A DNA stretch of 64,000 nt, taken from the NCBI GenBank assembly GCA_035305585.1, contig DATGOV010000029.1, positions 605 to 64,604 of the forward strand, read 5' to 3'. This stretch comes from Acidimicrobiia bacterium (GTDB taxonomy: Bacteria; Actinomycetota; Acidimicrobiia; Spongiisociales; ZC4RG35). The notes under the pieces are model-generated. The model had not been told where the DNA came from and made no database searches. It was given only the letters and a program-made list of their open reading frames with translations. Shown in pieces: positions 21,270 to 31,492 of the stretch (the first letter of the stretch is position 1; each line of letters starts with the position of its first letter). The translations under genes were made by a program, and so were the position numbers.

Positions 21270-21763
21270 AGCAGCCCCCGCACTTTGCCTCTTATCAATC
21301 GGTTCATCAAGGGTGCCACGACGAAGCTGAGAACGAGATTCGAGAGGGGGACGAAGATCAGCCGTCTCGCCAGACCGGTGCTGATCAGTCCGCCCTGACC
21401 GAAGAGCGTACCCACGACGAGAAACAAGGCCACCCCGGCGAGCGTGAGCGCCGCCACCCACAACGCGATCGCCACCGGGCCGATGTCGACCCGCTGCGCC
21501 GTCTTGACGGCTGCGTATCCGATCACCGTGAAGACGGCGGCCCGGAGGCCGAGGGCGGTGGAACCGAGCATGTCGACGACGAGCCCGCCCGAGAAGGCCA
21601 TGACCAACACGCCTTCCCGCGGAAGGTCGGTGATGGCGAGGAGGATGATCACCAAGAGGACGAGGTCGGGGGTGATGTAGCTGAACCGACTGAACAGGGT
21701 CGTCTGGAGGATCACCGCCGCGACGAGACATGCCAGGGGAACGAGGAAGAGGCGCAGTCTCAT
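21266..21763 (-). CDS. mreD: rod shape-determining protein MreD
   Basis: 165-aa polytopic membrane protein located between mreC and pbp2, with 4-nt overlaps on both sides. Confidence 0.75.
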   Translation of the reverse strand: MRLRLFLVPLACLVAAVILQTTLFSRFSYITPDLVLLVIILLAITDLPREGVLVMAFSGGLVVDMLGSTALGLRAAVFTVIGYAAVKTAQRVDIGPVAIALWVAALTLAGVALFLVVGTLFGQGGLISTGLARRLIFVPLSNLVLSFVVAPLMNRLIRGKVRGLL

Positions 21764-22713
21764 CCGTCGGCGGTCGTCGTGTCGGGGGTCTCGGTCGTGT
21801 CGGTCGTCTCGCCTCCGGTACTGTCGGTGGTGCCCGACTCCTCGTCGCCACCACCCGACTCCTCGGCCTCGTCGGTGGGCGCAGTGTCGATCTGGCCGTT
21901 CGCCGGCCAGGCCAGCACCACCACCACGCGCAGTGACTCGACATCGACGAAGGGCATCACCCGGGCGGTGAGGGCGGTCGACTGGGGCACGGCCCTATCT
22001 AACACCTCACCGACCGCCAGTCCGGGCGGGAAGGTGTTGGCGGCGGTCACCACCTGGTCGCCCTCCTTGACGGAGGCTCGGGCGTCGAAGATGTCGAGGG
22101 TCATCTCCGGGGAGCCCGGGTTGCCTCCGAGGAGCCCGGTCTGCGACCCGACGAGGACGCTGATCTTGTTGCGGCTCGCCTGGATGGGTACCACGATCGC
22201 CGTGTCGGGGGACGCCTGGGTGACCGTTCCCACCACGAATCCGTAGACGTCGATCACAGGCTGGCCCTCGATCACGCCGTCGTTGACACCCTTGTCGATC
22301 TGGAAGGCGAGATCGAATTGGTCCGGACGCCCGATGACATTCGCCGGTGTACGCCCCACCTCGATCTCCTCCAGGTCCAGGTCGTACAGAGCCTCGAGCG
22401 TCTCCAACCGGGCCATGGCGTCCCCGGCTTCGGCCAGCTTCGCCTGCGCCGCCGCCAACTCGGCCCGAAGGGCTTCGTTGGTCTCGCGGAGGGAGGTGAT
22501 GTCAGAGAGGCCGTCGATGAAGTCGGCGACAGGGTCGATGACCGCGGTGGCGCCGCGCTGGAGCGGAGCGACCAGGGTCTGCACGCCGCCCCTCATCACA
22601 CTCACGACTCCCTCCCCCTGCGAGCGGATGTCGAAGGTCATGAGCAGGATCGCCACCACCACGAGGGTGATGAACGTCGGGAGCGAACGGTCGGATCGGT
22701 CGAGGCTGGTCAT
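21760..22713 (-). CDS. mreC: rod shape-determining protein MreC with an acidic Thr-rich tail
   Basis: N-terminal TM segment, a coiled coil (LRAELAAAQAKLAEAGDAM) and beta-barrel domains. Position between mreB and mreD supports the call. Confidence 0.85.
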   Translation of the reverse strand: MTSLDRSDRSLPTFITLVVVAILLMTFDIRSQGEGVVSVMRGGVQTLVAPLQRGATAVIDPVADFIDGLSDITSLRETNEALRAELAAAQAKLAEAGDAMARLETLEALYDLDLEEIEVGRTPANVIGRPDQFDLAFQIDKGVNDGVIEGQPVIDVYGFVVGTVTQASPDTAIVVPIQASRNKISVLVGSQTGLLGGNPGSPEMTLDIFDARASVKEGDQVVTAANTFPPGLAVGEVLDRAVPQSTALTARVMPFVDVESLRVVVVLAWPANGQIDTAPTDEAEESGGGDEESGTTDSTGGETTDTTETPDTTTADG

Positions 22714-22769
22714 GGCTCGCTCGGATCAGACCTCGTGCATTCTCCTGGCGCCCTTCGTGGGTCGGCACG

Positions 22770-23801
22770 TCACGGTCGCGACGACGAGACGAGCACCCCC
22801 TGGAGCGTGTCGAACTCCTCAAGGCACTTGCCGGACCCGAGTACCACCGACTGGAGCGGCTTGGCGGCGGTGACGATCGGCATGCCGGTCTCGGATGCGA
22901 GCCGGTGGTCGAGCCCCACTAGCATCGCCCCGCCGCCGGTGAGCACGATCCCTCGCTCGACGATGTCGGCGGCCAGCTCGGGAGGAGTCTTGTCCAGGGT
23001 GTACTTCACGGCATCGACGATCGCCTGGGTCGGCTCGTCGATCGCCTCTCGAATCTCAGGACTCGTCAGAGTCACGGTCTTGGGGAGCCCTGTGACGAGG
23101 TCCCGGCCACGGACTTCGGCCGATGGCTCGTCCGCATACGGCCAGGCCGAGCCGATCGCCATCTTGATCTGCTCCGCCGTTCGCTCGCCGATGAGCACGT
23201 TGTGCTCCTTCTTCACCCAGTCGATGATCGCCTCGTCGAGCTCGTCGCCTCCGACGCGGATCGACCGAGACACGACGATCCCGCCGAGAGAGATCACGGC
23301 GACTTCGGTGGTCCCACCGCCGATGTCGACGACCATCGATCCGGAAGGCTCACCGATGGGCAGGCCGCATCCGATGGCTGCGGCCATGGGCTCCTCGATC
23401 GTGTACGCCCGCCTCGCCCCGGCGTGATACGCCGCCTCTTCGACTGCGCGGCGTTCGACAGGAGTTATGCCGGAGGGGACGCAGACGACGATGCGCGGCC
23501 TCGCCCAGCGGCGCCGGTGCACCTTCTGGATGAAGTACCGCAGCATCTTCTCGGTGATGTCGAAGTCGGCGATGACTCCGTCGCGCAGCGGGCGAATGGC
23601 GGTGATGCTGGCCGGGGTACGGCCGATCATCCGCTTGGCCTCCATGCCGACGGCGAGAGCGCGTCCGTTCTGTGAGTTGACGGCGACCACGGACGGCTCG
23701 TTGAGGACGATTCCTTGACCACGGACGAACACGAGGGTGTTCGCGGTACCCAGGTCGATAGCCATGTCCTGGCCGGCGAACGAGAAAAGCGATTCGGCCA
23801 T
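22770..23801 (-). CDS. mreB: actin-like rod shape protein MreB
   Basis: [15 protein letters not shown]...[14 protein letters not shown]...LTGGGAML. Confidence 0.95.
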   Translation of the reverse strand: MAESLFSFAGQDMAIDLGTANTLVFVRGQGIVLNEPSVVAVNSQNGRALAVGMEAKRMIGRTPASITAIRPLRDGVIADFDITEKMLRYFIQKVHRRRWARPRIVVCVPSGITPVERRAVEEAAYHAGARRAYTIEEPMAAAIGCGLPIGEPSGSMVVDIGGGTTEVAVISLGGIVVSRSIRVGGDELDEAIIDWVKKEHNVLIGERTAEQIKMAIGSAWPYADEPSAEVRGRDLVTGLPKTVTLTSPEIREAIDEPTQAIVDAVKYTLDKTPPELAADIVERGIVLTGGGAMLVGLDHRLASETGMPIVTAAKPLQSVVLGSGKCLEEFDTLQGVLVSSSRP

Positions 23802-23884
23802 AGACCTCTCTACGGGGAAGTACGAAGTGTAGGCGAAGCCCCGTTGAACACGCTATTCGGCGATGGCCGGGAGCCGGCCCCGGA

Positions 23885-24289
23885 TCAGGGGAAGAACAGC
23901 CCCAGTTCGCGCTCGGCGCTCTCGGGTGAATCCGACCCGTGCACGAGGTTCTCCGTGACCACCAGGCCGAAGTCGCCACGGATCGTGCCGGGGGCGGCAT
24001 CGAGTGGGTTGGTGGCGCCCATGATGGCCCGAGCCACCCCGATGGCACCCTCCCCGGACCACTGCATGGCCACGACCGGACCAGAGGTGATGAAGGCCAG
24101 CAACTCGGGGAAGAACGGCTTTTCCACGTGCTCGGCGTAGTGCTGGCGGGCGAGGTCCTCGTCGATGGTCAGAACCCGGATCTGGTCGAGGGTCAAGCCT
24201 TTGCGCTCGAAGCGGCTGATGATCTCTCCGATGAGACCGCGCCGGACGCCGTCGGGCTTGACCATGATGAATGTGCTCTCTCGGGACAT
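23885..24289 (-). CDS. ndk: nucleoside-diphosphate kinase
   Basis: [31 protein letters not shown]...NLVHGSDS. These are the last 134 codons of the 588-aa track ORF. Confidence 0.9.
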   Translation of the reverse strand: MSRESTFIMVKPDGVRRGLIGEIISRFERKGLTLDQIRVLTIDEDLARQHYAEHVEKPFFPELLAFITSGPVVAMQWSGEGAIGVARAIMGATNPLDAAPGTIRGDFGLVVTENLVHGSDSPESAERELGLFFP

Positions 24290-24321
24290 GGCCGGCAAGG
24301 GTACTGGGAGTCGGTGGGATG

Positions 24322-25620
24322 TCAGAGTGCGCCGGCGGCCTTGAGAGCCCGCCGCACCTCTCCCGCCACGTAGATCGAGCCGGCGACGAGTACCGCTCCG
24401 TCCGAGCCCGCCTTCTGGCGGGCCACCTCGAGCGCAGCCGAAGGGTCGCCGCCCGCTTCGACGGGGACGTCGATCAGCTCGGATACCCGCCTGGCCACCT
24501 CCGAGGCAGGTACCGGACGTTCGCCGGCCGCGGCGGTGGTCACGACCGCCTCGACCCGCTCGGCGATGTGGCGGATCATCGCCTCCAGGTCCTTGTCCCC
24601 CATCACCCCGACGACGAGCACGAAACGCGTGGTCGGGAACTCCTCCGAGAGAGACCGGTTGAGCGCGGCAAAGCCGCCGGGATTGTGGGCCCCGTCGAGC
24701 ATCACGAGCGGCTCTCGGTCGACTATCTCCATCCGACCCGGAGCTGTGAAGTTGGCGACCGCTTCCTCCACCGCCTCCTGATGGAGGCGGCGACCCAAGA
24801 GCGCTTCGACGGCGGCGACTGCGACCGCGGCGTTGTGGGTCTGGTGACGCCCGTGCACCGGAAGGAGCAGGTCGGGATAGTCGATCTCGGCGCCGTGGAC
24901 GTGCATGTGCCAGCCGCGGACCGCGGGGCGAGCCTCCACAGAGAAGTCCCTCCCGAAGGCTCGGTGCTCGATACCGAGGTCTCGGGCGGTCGCTGTCGCG
25001 ATCTCGAACACGGGCTTCGGGAGCTCGCCGGTGACGAGGATGGACCCGGGTCCGGCGATGGCCAGCTTCTCGGTGGCGATCTGTTCCACTGTGGTGCCGA
25101 GATACTCGGTGTGCTCCAGGTCGACGCCCGTGAGGACGGCCACATTGGCATCGACCACGTTGGTGGCGTCCAGGCGCCCTCCCAGGCCGACTTCGATGAC
25201 GGCGGCCTCCACGGCTTGGTCGGCGAAGAAGGCGAACGCCGACGCCGTCGTCAGCTCGAAGTAGGAGAACCGCAGGCCGTCGTTCCGCTCCTCGAGGAGG
25301 TCGGCGAAGGCCGCTACGTCGGTGACTGCTTGGGCGAACTCTTCGGGCGTGGCAGTCCGGCCGTAGGCGCCGAGACGCTCTTCGACGGCCTCGAGATGGG
25401 GAGAGATGTAGGTGCCGGCGTTGAGTCCGTGCGACAGGAGGAGCAGAGCCGACATCCGTGTCGTCGACGTCTTGCCGTTCGTGCCGGCGACGTGGATGAT
25501 CGGATATCCCTCGTGGGGAGATCCCATCGTCTCGACGAGCAACCGGATCCGCTCCAGCCCGGGCTGCATTCCCGCGCCGATGTGGTCGTCCAGATAGGCG
25601 AGTGCTGCGGAGTAATCCAT
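24322..25620 (-). CDS. folC: folylpolyglutamate synthase / dihydrofolate synthase
   Basis: [12 protein letters not shown]..., with Mur-ligase P-loop [11 protein letters not shown]. An alternative TTG start lies at 25629. Confidence 0.85.
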   Translation of the reverse strand: MDYSAALAYLDDHIGAGMQPGLERIRLLVETMGSPHEGYPIIHVAGTNGKTSTTRMSALLLLSHGLNAGTYISPHLEAVEERLGAYGRTATPEEFAQAVTDVAAFADLLEERNDGLRFSYFELTTASAFAFFADQAVEAAVIEVGLGGRLDATNVVDANVAVLTGVDLEHTEYLGTTVEQIATEKLAIAGPGSILVTGELPKPVFEIATATARDLGIEHRAFGRDFSVEARPAVRGWHMHVHGAEIDYPDLLLPVHGRHQTHNAAVAVAAVEALLGRRLHQEAVEEAVANFTAPGRMEIVDREPLVMLDGAHNPGGFAALNRSLSEEFPTTRFVLVVGVMGDKDLEAMIRHIAERVEAVVTTAAAGERPVPASEVARRVSELIDVPVEAGGDPSAALEVARQKAGSDGAVLVAGSIYVAGEVRRALKAAGAL

Positions 25621-25658
25621 GCGAACCAACGGAGATTACCCGTCGCAGCAACTATGAC

Positions 25659-25693
25659 GAGAGGGGTCCCGGAATCACTCCGGGACCCCTCTC
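25659..25693 (-). terminator. intrinsic-terminator hairpin after the LPXTG gene
   Basis: Perfect 14-bp stem GAGAGGGGTCCCGG / CCGGGACCCCTCTC with a 7-nt loop, located 26 nt past the stop at 25720. Confidence 0.55.
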
Positions 25694-25719
25694 TCTGGGG
25701 CACTTCTGACGGAGGACCG

Positions 25720-27396
25720 TCAGTCAATTGCCTGTTCTTCGGGCTTGCGCCCCGTGATCAACACCAGCCCGAGCCCTGCCAGCAGGGCAGCGGTGGCGGT
25801 CTTCGCCATGCTCCCCGAATCCATTCCCGTGAAGGGAAGGGTGTCCTCGGTCTGCGGATCGGTCGTCACAGTCTCCTGATCGACCTCCGGCTCCGGTGTC
25901 GGCGTGTCGTCGTTCTCCACAGTCGTCTCCGTCTCCGGCTCGGGCGTGGACTCGTCCGTCGGATCGGAGGTCTCCGTCTCCGGCTCGGGAGTCGTTTCTT
26001 CGTCCGTCGGGACGGTGGTGTCGCTGGTCTCCGGCTGCTCCGGCTGCTCCGGCTGCTCGGGCTGCTCCGGCTGCTCCGGCTGCTCGGGCTGCTCCGGCTG
26101 CTCCGGCTGCTCCGGCTGCTCCGGCTGCTCGGGCTGCTCCGGAACCTCCGGTTCTTCGCACTCGACCGTGTTCGTCACGGTCACGGTGATCAGCTGGCCG
26201 TCGTCGAACTGAGCCGGGACGGCCACCTTCCCGTCGAACGTCGACGAGTAGGTGCAGCTGTCGCGCAGGCCCGTCACGGTCTCGCTCACCGACAGCACGC
26301 TCCCGGCGTGCTCGGTGACGTCAATGACCTGACCCGGCTCGACGATCTCGTCACCGACCTCGAACACGACGTGGACGTCGTCGACCTCGTTGTCTTGCCA
26401 GTCCCAGTTCTTTGTGAGGGCGAGGTAGATGGCTGCCTCGGCGGGCGGCTCCTCCTCACAGTCGACTTTGTTGTAGGCAGTGACCTCGATCTTCTTGTCC
26501 CGCTTCGGGATGAAGATTTCCTTCGGCAGATTCGACTCGTAGGTGCAGCCCTCCGGCAGGCCCTGGACCGTCTCGGTCAGGGTCACTTTCTGGCCGGCGT
26601 ATTGCGAGACGTCGATCCAGGTGTTGGGCGAGTACGAGCCGGCGCCGTTGACGGCGAACTGCACCGTGGCGTCGCCGTGGTCGTCACCGCTCCACTTCTT
26701 CTTGACCCTGATCTTCACGTCGGGACAGTCGACGGTGTTGCGGACCTCGATCTTCTTGGTCCCCTTGTTGGGGAGATCGACCTTGCTCGGGAGATCCGAC
26801 TTCCACGTGCACCCTTCGGGAAGGCCCGTGACCTCTTCGGTGATGCGAACTCTCTTGCCGGCGAGGGCGGTCACGTCGACGGCCTCTCCAGGCTGGAAGG
26901 GCCCCTCACCGTCGATGAAGAACCGGGCGGATCCTTCGGCGTCGCCCTTCCACTTCTTCTCGAAGACCACCTTGACGGTCTTCGGCGGCTTGGGCGACTG
27001 GCCCTTGCAGACGATCCAGTGACTGACGTCGGGGTACTTGCCGTTGTTGTTCTTCGGCGGGTGATAGTCCACCCCTGCCTTGGGTAGTTCGTAGACCTCG
27101 CGTCCGTTCTGGCCGCCCTTGACCACGAGCACCTCCCACCGGTCACCCGGCCACGAGGACTTGTAGGGATTCAGGACGACGGCCTTGCCCCCGTTGGTGA
27201 GCTTGCCGTGTTCGTTCTTCTGGCCCGGCGGGTCGTACTTGTAGCACGCGACCGCGTTGGGGTACTTGTTCTTCCAGTGGTCAGGATGGTTCTCGTTGCC
27301 ACTCGAACCGAAAGCGGCGGTCGGGATCAGAGCGACCACCAGCGCTATGAGCAGGACGCCGGCTCCAGCCGCGCGCCGCGTCCTCAGGTTTCTCAT
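25720..27396 (-). CDS. LPXTG-anchored cell-surface protein with three Cna-B/prealbumin-like modules and an (EQP)12 stalk
   Basis: Signal peptide MRNLRTRRAAGAGVLLIALVVALIPTAAFG, with GGGAGG RBS 6 nt upstream. Three modules of about 90 aa share KKW.GD...LPEGCT(W/Y)...TVDC. Then come the EQP repeats, a Thr/Glu/Pro stalk, and the sorting signal LPFTG + hydrophobic segment + RK. Confidence 0.75.
   Translation of the reverse strand: MRNLRTRRAAGAGVLLIALVVALIPTAAFGSSGNENHPDHWKNKYPNAVACYKYDPPGQKNEHGKLTNGGKAVVLNPYKSSWPGDRWEVLVVKGGQNGREVYELPKAGVDYHPPKNNNGKYPDVSHWIVCKGQSPKPPKTVKVVFEKKWKGDAEGSARFFIDGEGPFQPGEAVDVTALAGKRVRITEEVTGLPEGCTWKSDLPSKVDLPNKGTKKIEVRNTVDCPDVKIRVKKKWSGDDHGDATVQFAVNGAGSYSPNTWIDVSQYAGQKVTLTETVQGLPEGCTYESNLPKEIFIPKRDKKIEVTAYNKVDCEEEPPAEAAIYLALTKNWDWQDNEVDDVHVVFEVGDEIVEPGQVIDVTEHAGSVLSVSETVTGLRDSCTYSSTFDGKVAVPAQFDDGQLITVTVTNTVECEEPEVPEQPEQPEQPEQPEQPEQPEQPEQPEQPEQPEQPEQPETSDTTVPTDEETTPEPETETSDPTDESTPEPETETTVENDDTPTPEPEVDQETVTTDPQTEDTLPFTGMDSGSMAKTATAALLAGLGLVLITGRKPEEQAID
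26032..26139 (-). repeat. 12 tandem copies of a 9-nt unit (CGGCTGCTC; variant GGGCTGCTC at units 4, 7 and 12) encoding EQP
   Basis: Read directly from the sequence. The repeat is in frame within the LPXTG gene. A 13th, degenerate unit (EVP) follows. Confidence 0.9.
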
Positions 27397-27665
27397 TGTT
27401 GCCTCCCATTTGGCCCCAGATATTTCGACTATCCGACCGTCGGGGATACCCATTCCCCAGAGTCGGCGCCCAGGCCGATGCGGACAGTCGATTTTGCTTG
27501 CACGGTCAGGGTGCCATGCCCGCCCAGACTCTCAAGTCCTTTCCCGATGGGACGAATGACCCATTCAGTGAGCCGGACCAGTCAGAAAGCTCCGCCGTCC
27601 GTGCAGCGGCAACGCTAACGAGTGACAGGAACGAACCCTGGTATTGCGCGGCGCGTGAGTCGGGC

Positions 27666-28931
27666 TCAGGCGGTGCGTTCGGAAGGCAGGTCGATCTCGT
27701 CGATCGGCACCAGCGTCGGGTTGACCCGCTCCTCCACGACCTGCCTATCGATGATCACCCGGCCGACGTCGTCGCGGGAGGGGAGGTCGTACATCGTCGT
27801 GAGCAGGACCTCCTCGAGGATCGCCCTCAACCCACGGGCTCCCGTCCCCCGCCTGATCGCCTGCTCGGCGATGGATTCGAGCGAATCCTCGGTGAACACC
27901 AACTCCACGCCGTCCATCTCGAACATGCGGGCGTACTGGCGGATGAGGGCGTTCTTGGGCTCGGTGAGGATCCTGACCAGCGAGTCCTTGTCGAGGTCTT
28001 CCACCGTCGCCACGATCGGGAGACGCCCCACGAACTCCGGGATCAGGCCGAACTTGATGAGGTCTTCGGGGAGGACCTGGCGGAGCAGTTCGATGGGGCG
28101 CTGCTCGGTCCGAGAGCGGATCTCTGCTCCGAAGCCGATACCCCGCTTCCCCACCCGGTTGGCGATGATGTCCTCGAGCCCGGCGAAGGCACCGGCGCAG
28201 ATGAAGAGGACGTTGGAGGTGTCGAGCTGGATGAACTCCTGGTGGGGGTGCTTGCGCCCGCCCTGCGGGGGAACCGACGCCACGGTCCCCTCGAGGATCT
28301 TGAGGAGAGCTTGCTGCACACCCTCTCCCGAGACGTCGCGGGTGATGGAAGGGTTCTCGGCCTTGCGGCTGATCTTGTCGATCTCGTCGATGTAGACGAT
28401 GCCCTGCTCGGCGCGCTTGACGTCGTAGTCGGCGGCTTGCAGGAGCTTCAAGAGGATGTTCTCGACGTCCTCGCCGACGTAACCCGCTTCGGTGAGGGTC
28501 GTGGCGTCGGCGATGGCGAACGGTACGTTGAGTTGGCGAGCCAGTGTCTGAGCGAGGAGGGTCTTGCCGCAGCCGGTCGGGCCGATCAGGAGGATGTTCG
28601 ACTTCTGGAGCTCGACGTCGTCCCGCCGTCCCTCACCGGACCGGATCCGCTTGTAGTGGTTGTAGACCGCGACCGCCAGCTTCTTCTTGGCGTCCTCCTG
28701 GCCGACTACGTAGTCGTCGAGGTAGCCGTTGATCTCGGCGGGCTTGGGGAGCTCGGTGAACGAGACCTCTTCTTGAGCGGAGAACTCTTCTTCGATGATC
28801 TCGTTGCAGAGTTCGATGCACTCGTCGCAGATGTACACGCCCGGGCCGGCGATGAGCTTCTTGACCTGCTTCTGTGATTTCCCGCAGAAGCTGCACTTCA
28901 GCAGCTCTCCGCCTTCTCCAAGTCGGGGCAT
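27666..28931 (-). CDS. clpX: ATP-dependent Clp protease ATP-binding subunit ClpX
   Basis: Zn finger [26 protein letters not shown], Walker A GPTGCGKT, Walker [10 protein letters not shown]. Confidence 0.95.
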   Translation of the reverse strand: MPRLGEGGELLKCSFCGKSQKQVKKLIAGPGVYICDECIELCNEIIEEEFSAQEEVSFTELPKPAEINGYLDDYVVGQEDAKKKLAVAVYNHYKRIRSGEGRRDDVELQKSNILLIGPTGCGKTLLAQTLARQLNVPFAIADATTLTEAGYVGEDVENILLKLLQAADYDVKRAEQGIVYIDEIDKISRKAENPSITRDVSGEGVQQALLKILEGTVASVPPQGGRKHPHQEFIQLDTSNVLFICAGAFAGLEDIIANRVGKRGIGFGAEIRSRTEQRPIELLRQVLPEDLIKFGLIPEFVGRLPIVATVEDLDKDSLVRILTEPKNALIRQYARMFEMDGVELVFTEDSLESIAEQAIRRGTGARGLRAILEEVLLTTMYDLPSRDDVGRVIIDRQVVEERVNPTLVPIDEIDLPSERTA

Positions 28932-28994
28932 TGTTTCTCCTGCTCGATCGTCTCGTTGCAGAGGTCGACCCGAGGGCCGCCGATTTCAGCTCCT

Positions 28995-29612
28995 CTACTC
29001 CGAGGCTACCGCGGCAAGCTCCTGTCGCGTGAGTATTGCGTCGACGACACCGTACTCCTTGGCTTCCTCGGCGAGCATCCAGTAATCGCGTTCGGTGTCC
29101 TGGGCGATCTTCTCGTAGGGCTGGCCCGTGTGCTCGGCGAGGATCTGGTTCAGCTGCTCGCGCATCTGCACGATCAGGCGGGCCTGGATCTCGATGTCCG
29201 TGGCCTGACCCTGGGCGCCGCCGTGGGGCTGGTGGAGCATCACCCGGGCATGGGGCAAGGCGAAGCGCTTCCCCGGAGCGCCCCCGGCGAGGAGGACGGC
29301 AGCCGCCGAAGCGGCCATGCCCATGCAGACCGTGTTCACGTCGGGGCGGACGTACTGCATCGTGTCGTAGATGGCGAACAGCGAGGTGATCGAACCACCC
29401 GGGGAATTGATGTAGAGGAAGATGTCCTTGTCGGGATCCTCGGACTCCAGATGGAGGAGCTGGGCCATGATCAGGTTGGCCACGCTGTCGTCGATCGGGG
29501 TGCCGAGGAAGATGATCCGGTCCTTGAGCAGACGGCTATAGATGTCGAAGTAGCGCTCGCCGCGGCTCGTCTGCTCGAAGACGGTGGGGATTACGTAATT
29601 CTGGGGAGTCAT
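28995..29612 (-). CDS. clpP: ATP-dependent Clp protease proteolytic subunit
   Basis: [30 protein letters not shown]...GMAASAAA...MLHQP. Its ATG overlaps the tig stop. Confidence 0.95.
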   Translation of the reverse strand: MTPQNYVIPTVFEQTSRGERYFDIYSRLLKDRIIFLGTPIDDSVANLIMAQLLHLESEDPDKDIFLYINSPGGSITSLFAIYDTMQYVRPDVNTVCMGMAASAAAVLLAGGAPGKRFALPHARVMLHQPHGGAQGQATDIEIQARLIVQMREQLNQILAEHTGQPYEKIAQDTERDYWMLAEEAKEYGVVDAILTRQELAAVASE

Positions 29613-31159
29613 TCGTTCTCCTGGTTGGGTTCGCCGGAAATCTCTTCGTCCGAGGCAGCTTCCCCGCCGGGGACCGGGGCAGCGGGATCTTCGGTGATCT
29701 CGTCTTCGGTGATCTCGTCTTCGGTGATCTCGTCGTCGACGATCTCACCAGCCACGATCTCACCAGCCACTACGTCACCTGCGACGACTTCACCCTCCAC
29801 GACTTCGCCGGCGACGACCTCGCCGTCGGTGACCGTGTCAGCCTCGTCGCCGAGGTCCAACTCGAGCGGATTGCCGTCGGAATCGACCGGTGTGGCGTTG
29901 TCGATGATCAACTTCAGCGCCTTGTCTCGGAGGATATCAGCCCTCACCGCCAATTCTTGGGGAGTTCCTCGGATCGAGCGGAGAAACCCCATGGGGTCGT
30001 CGGTCTGGGTGGCGATGCCGTGGAGTACGGCGTCCACCTCGGTGTCGTCGACCTCGAGCTCGGCGTCGGCGATGATGGCATCGAGGAGGATCCTGGCGCG
30101 GAGACTCCGATCGGCCTGCGCTTCCAGATCGGCCAGGAACTGCTCCTGGGACATCCCGGTCGCCTGGAAGTAGTCGCTGAGAGAGAGGTTCTGGTCCTCG
30201 AGGCGATGCAGGAAGCGATGGAGGATCTCGTCCATCTCGGCGCGGAGCACCGCTTGGGGGAGTTCCAGATCCACCTGGTCGACGAGGGTCTCGAGCGCTC
30301 TGTCGGTGAACCGCCGGGCGGCCCCGGCGCGCTTCACCTCGGTCATCCTCTCTCGCAGGGACTCCCGGAGTTCTTCGACCGTCTCGTACTCGGTGTTCTC
30401 GTCCACCCAATCGTCGGTCAGGTCCGGCAGCACGAGCTGTTTCACCTCGTTGACGGTGACCCGAAACGTGGCTTCTTCCCCGGCTCGCTCGCCGAAGCCC
30501 TCGGGAAGCGGCGCCTCGATCGTCAGCTCCTGTCCGGCAGTGGCGCCGACCAGCACTTCGTCGGCTCCATCGATGAGCCCCCCTGAACCGACCCGATACA
30601 GCAGCTCCTTCGCCGAGCCCTCCTCGAGAGGCTCGCCGTCCACCTCGGGGGTTATGTCGAGAGACACGAAGTCGCCTTCCTCTGCGGGACGCTCCGCCTC
30701 CTCGACCTGACCGAACTGCTCGCGCATGCGCTCGAGCTGAGTCTCGAGTTCCTCCTCGGTCACCTCGGGAGAATCGACTTCGATCTTGCGATCCCGATAC
30801 GGCGGCGGGGACTCGAGGTTCGGCCACAGCGTGACCTTGATCTCGACGGACACTCCGTCTTCGATGTCCTCGATCTTCTCGAGCTCCGGGTTGACGGCGG
30901 GGTTGAGGGACTCCTCCTTCAAGACCTCCGACAGCTTGGGAGGGATGGCATCCTCGATCGCCTCGCTGCGAAGCCGGTCAGACCCGACAGCCGCCTCGAC
31001 GACCGGGCGAGGCGCCTTCCCGGGGCGAAACCCCTTCAGCTTCAGATCCTTGGCCAATCGGCGAGCCGCCGCACTCTTGGCAGCATCGATCTCGGCTTCG
31101 GTGAGTTCGAATTCGACGAGGCGCTCGAAAGGCCCGGCTTCGCGCACGCTAACGCTCAT
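29609..31159 (-). CDS. tig: trigger factor with a repetitive acidic C-terminal extension
   Basis: [20 protein letters not shown]...[11 protein letters not shown] (ribosome-binding GFRPGK loop), with AGGAG RBS. The part of the track ORF upstream of 31159 reads through tRNA-His. Confidence 0.85.
   Translation of the reverse strand: MSVSVREAGPFERLVEFELTEAEIDAAKSAAARRLAKDLKLKGFRPGKAPRPVVEAAVGSDRLRSEAIEDAIPPKLSEVLKEESLNPAVNPELEKIEDIEDGVSVEIKVTLWPNLESPPPYRDRKIEVDSPEVTEEELETQLERMREQFGQVEEAERPAEEGDFVSLDITPEVDGEPLEEGSAKELLYRVGSGGLIDGADEVLVGATAGQELTIEAPLPEGFGERAGEEATFRVTVNEVKQLVLPDLTDDWVDENTEYETVEELRESLRERMTEVKRAGAARRFTDRALETLVDQVDLELPQAVLRAEMDEILHRFLHRLEDQNLSLSDYFQATGMSQEQFLADLEAQADRSLRARILLDAIIADAELEVDDTEVDAVLHGIATQTDDPMGFLRSIRGTPQELAVRADILRDKALKLIIDNATPVDSDGNPLELDLGDEADTVTDGEVVAGEVVEGEVVAGDVVAGEIVAGEIVDDEITEDEITEDEITEDPAAPVPGGEAASDEEISGEPNQENE
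29688..29837 (-). repeat. about 10 tandem 15-nt units encoding pentapeptides (DEITE x3, GEIVA x2, then more degenerate [15 protein letters not shown]-type units) in the tig tail
   Basis: TCTTCGGTGATCTCG occurs three times, ATCTCACCAGCCACG twice, then degenerate units. 15-nt periodicity was read from the sequence. Confidence 0.7.
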
Positions 31160-31216
31160 GTCACTCCTGCTCGACTGATGAAACCGCCGCACCCCGCGGG
31201 GCGGGGGCGGCGGCAG

Positions 31217-31295
31217 TGGGGTGACCGAGGGGACTTGAACCCCCGACCTCCAGGGCCACAACCTGGCGCTCTAACCGGGCTGAGCTACGGCCACC
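31217..31295 (-). tRNA. tRNA-His (anticodon GTG), G-1 and CCA encoded
   Basis: G-GTGGCCGTAGCTCAGCCCGGTTAGAGCGCCAGGTTGTGGCCCTGGAGGTCGGGGGTTCAAGTCCCCTCGGTCAC-C-CCA. The extra 5' G opposite C73 is the His hallmark. Confidence 0.85.
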
Positions 31296-31403
31296 ACGGG
31301 AACCATCCCAGTCTAAGTGTTGCGGCGAAGAGCGGCGAACGGCGGCATCACGCGGCCGGTCCCCCTTGTACCACTCGAGGGGATGGTCGGAAGGGAGAAT
31401 CAG

Positions 31404-31477
31404 CACCCCCGGAGGGACTCGAACCCCCAACCGGCGGATTAGAAGTCCACTGCTCTATCCAGTTGAGCTACGGGGGC
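31404..31477 (-). tRNA. tRNA-Arg (anticodon TCT)
   Basis: GCCCCCGTAGCTCAACTGGATAGAGCAGTGGACTTCTAATCCGCCGGTTGGGGGTTCGAGTCCCTCCGGGGGTG. Anticodon loop CT-TCT-AA. CCA is not encoded. Confidence 0.85.
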
Positions 31478-31492
31478 AGGTGCCGCTCCATT

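Noticed and set aside
19302-21398. 698-aa plus-strand ORF. Other long antisense ORFs fall in the same class: 9701..11014, 11266..12816, 5786..6676, 58838..60535, 48371..49495 and 27396..28877
   Set aside because: Each lies opposite a gene with strong homology (pbp2, trkA, trkH, gap, secA, the CHRD protein, clpX). Each has an Arg/Gly/Pro/Asp-biased composition typical of non-coding frames.
23885-25651. 588-aa ORF spanning ndk and folC
   Set aside because: Same artefact as above. Ndk is the last 134 codons, and the rest is the wrong frame of folC.
26032-26139. Possible CRISPR-like array
   Set aside because: The 9-nt units are contiguous without spacers, lie in frame inside a CDS, and no cas genes are present.
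24271-27087. 938-aa plus-strand ORF, the longest ORF in the track, with an LLRLLRLLG repeat
   Set aside because: It lies antisense to folC and the LPXTG gene, both of which have clear homology. Its repeat is simply the reverse reading of the EQP 9-mer. This is a typical high-GC shadow ORF.
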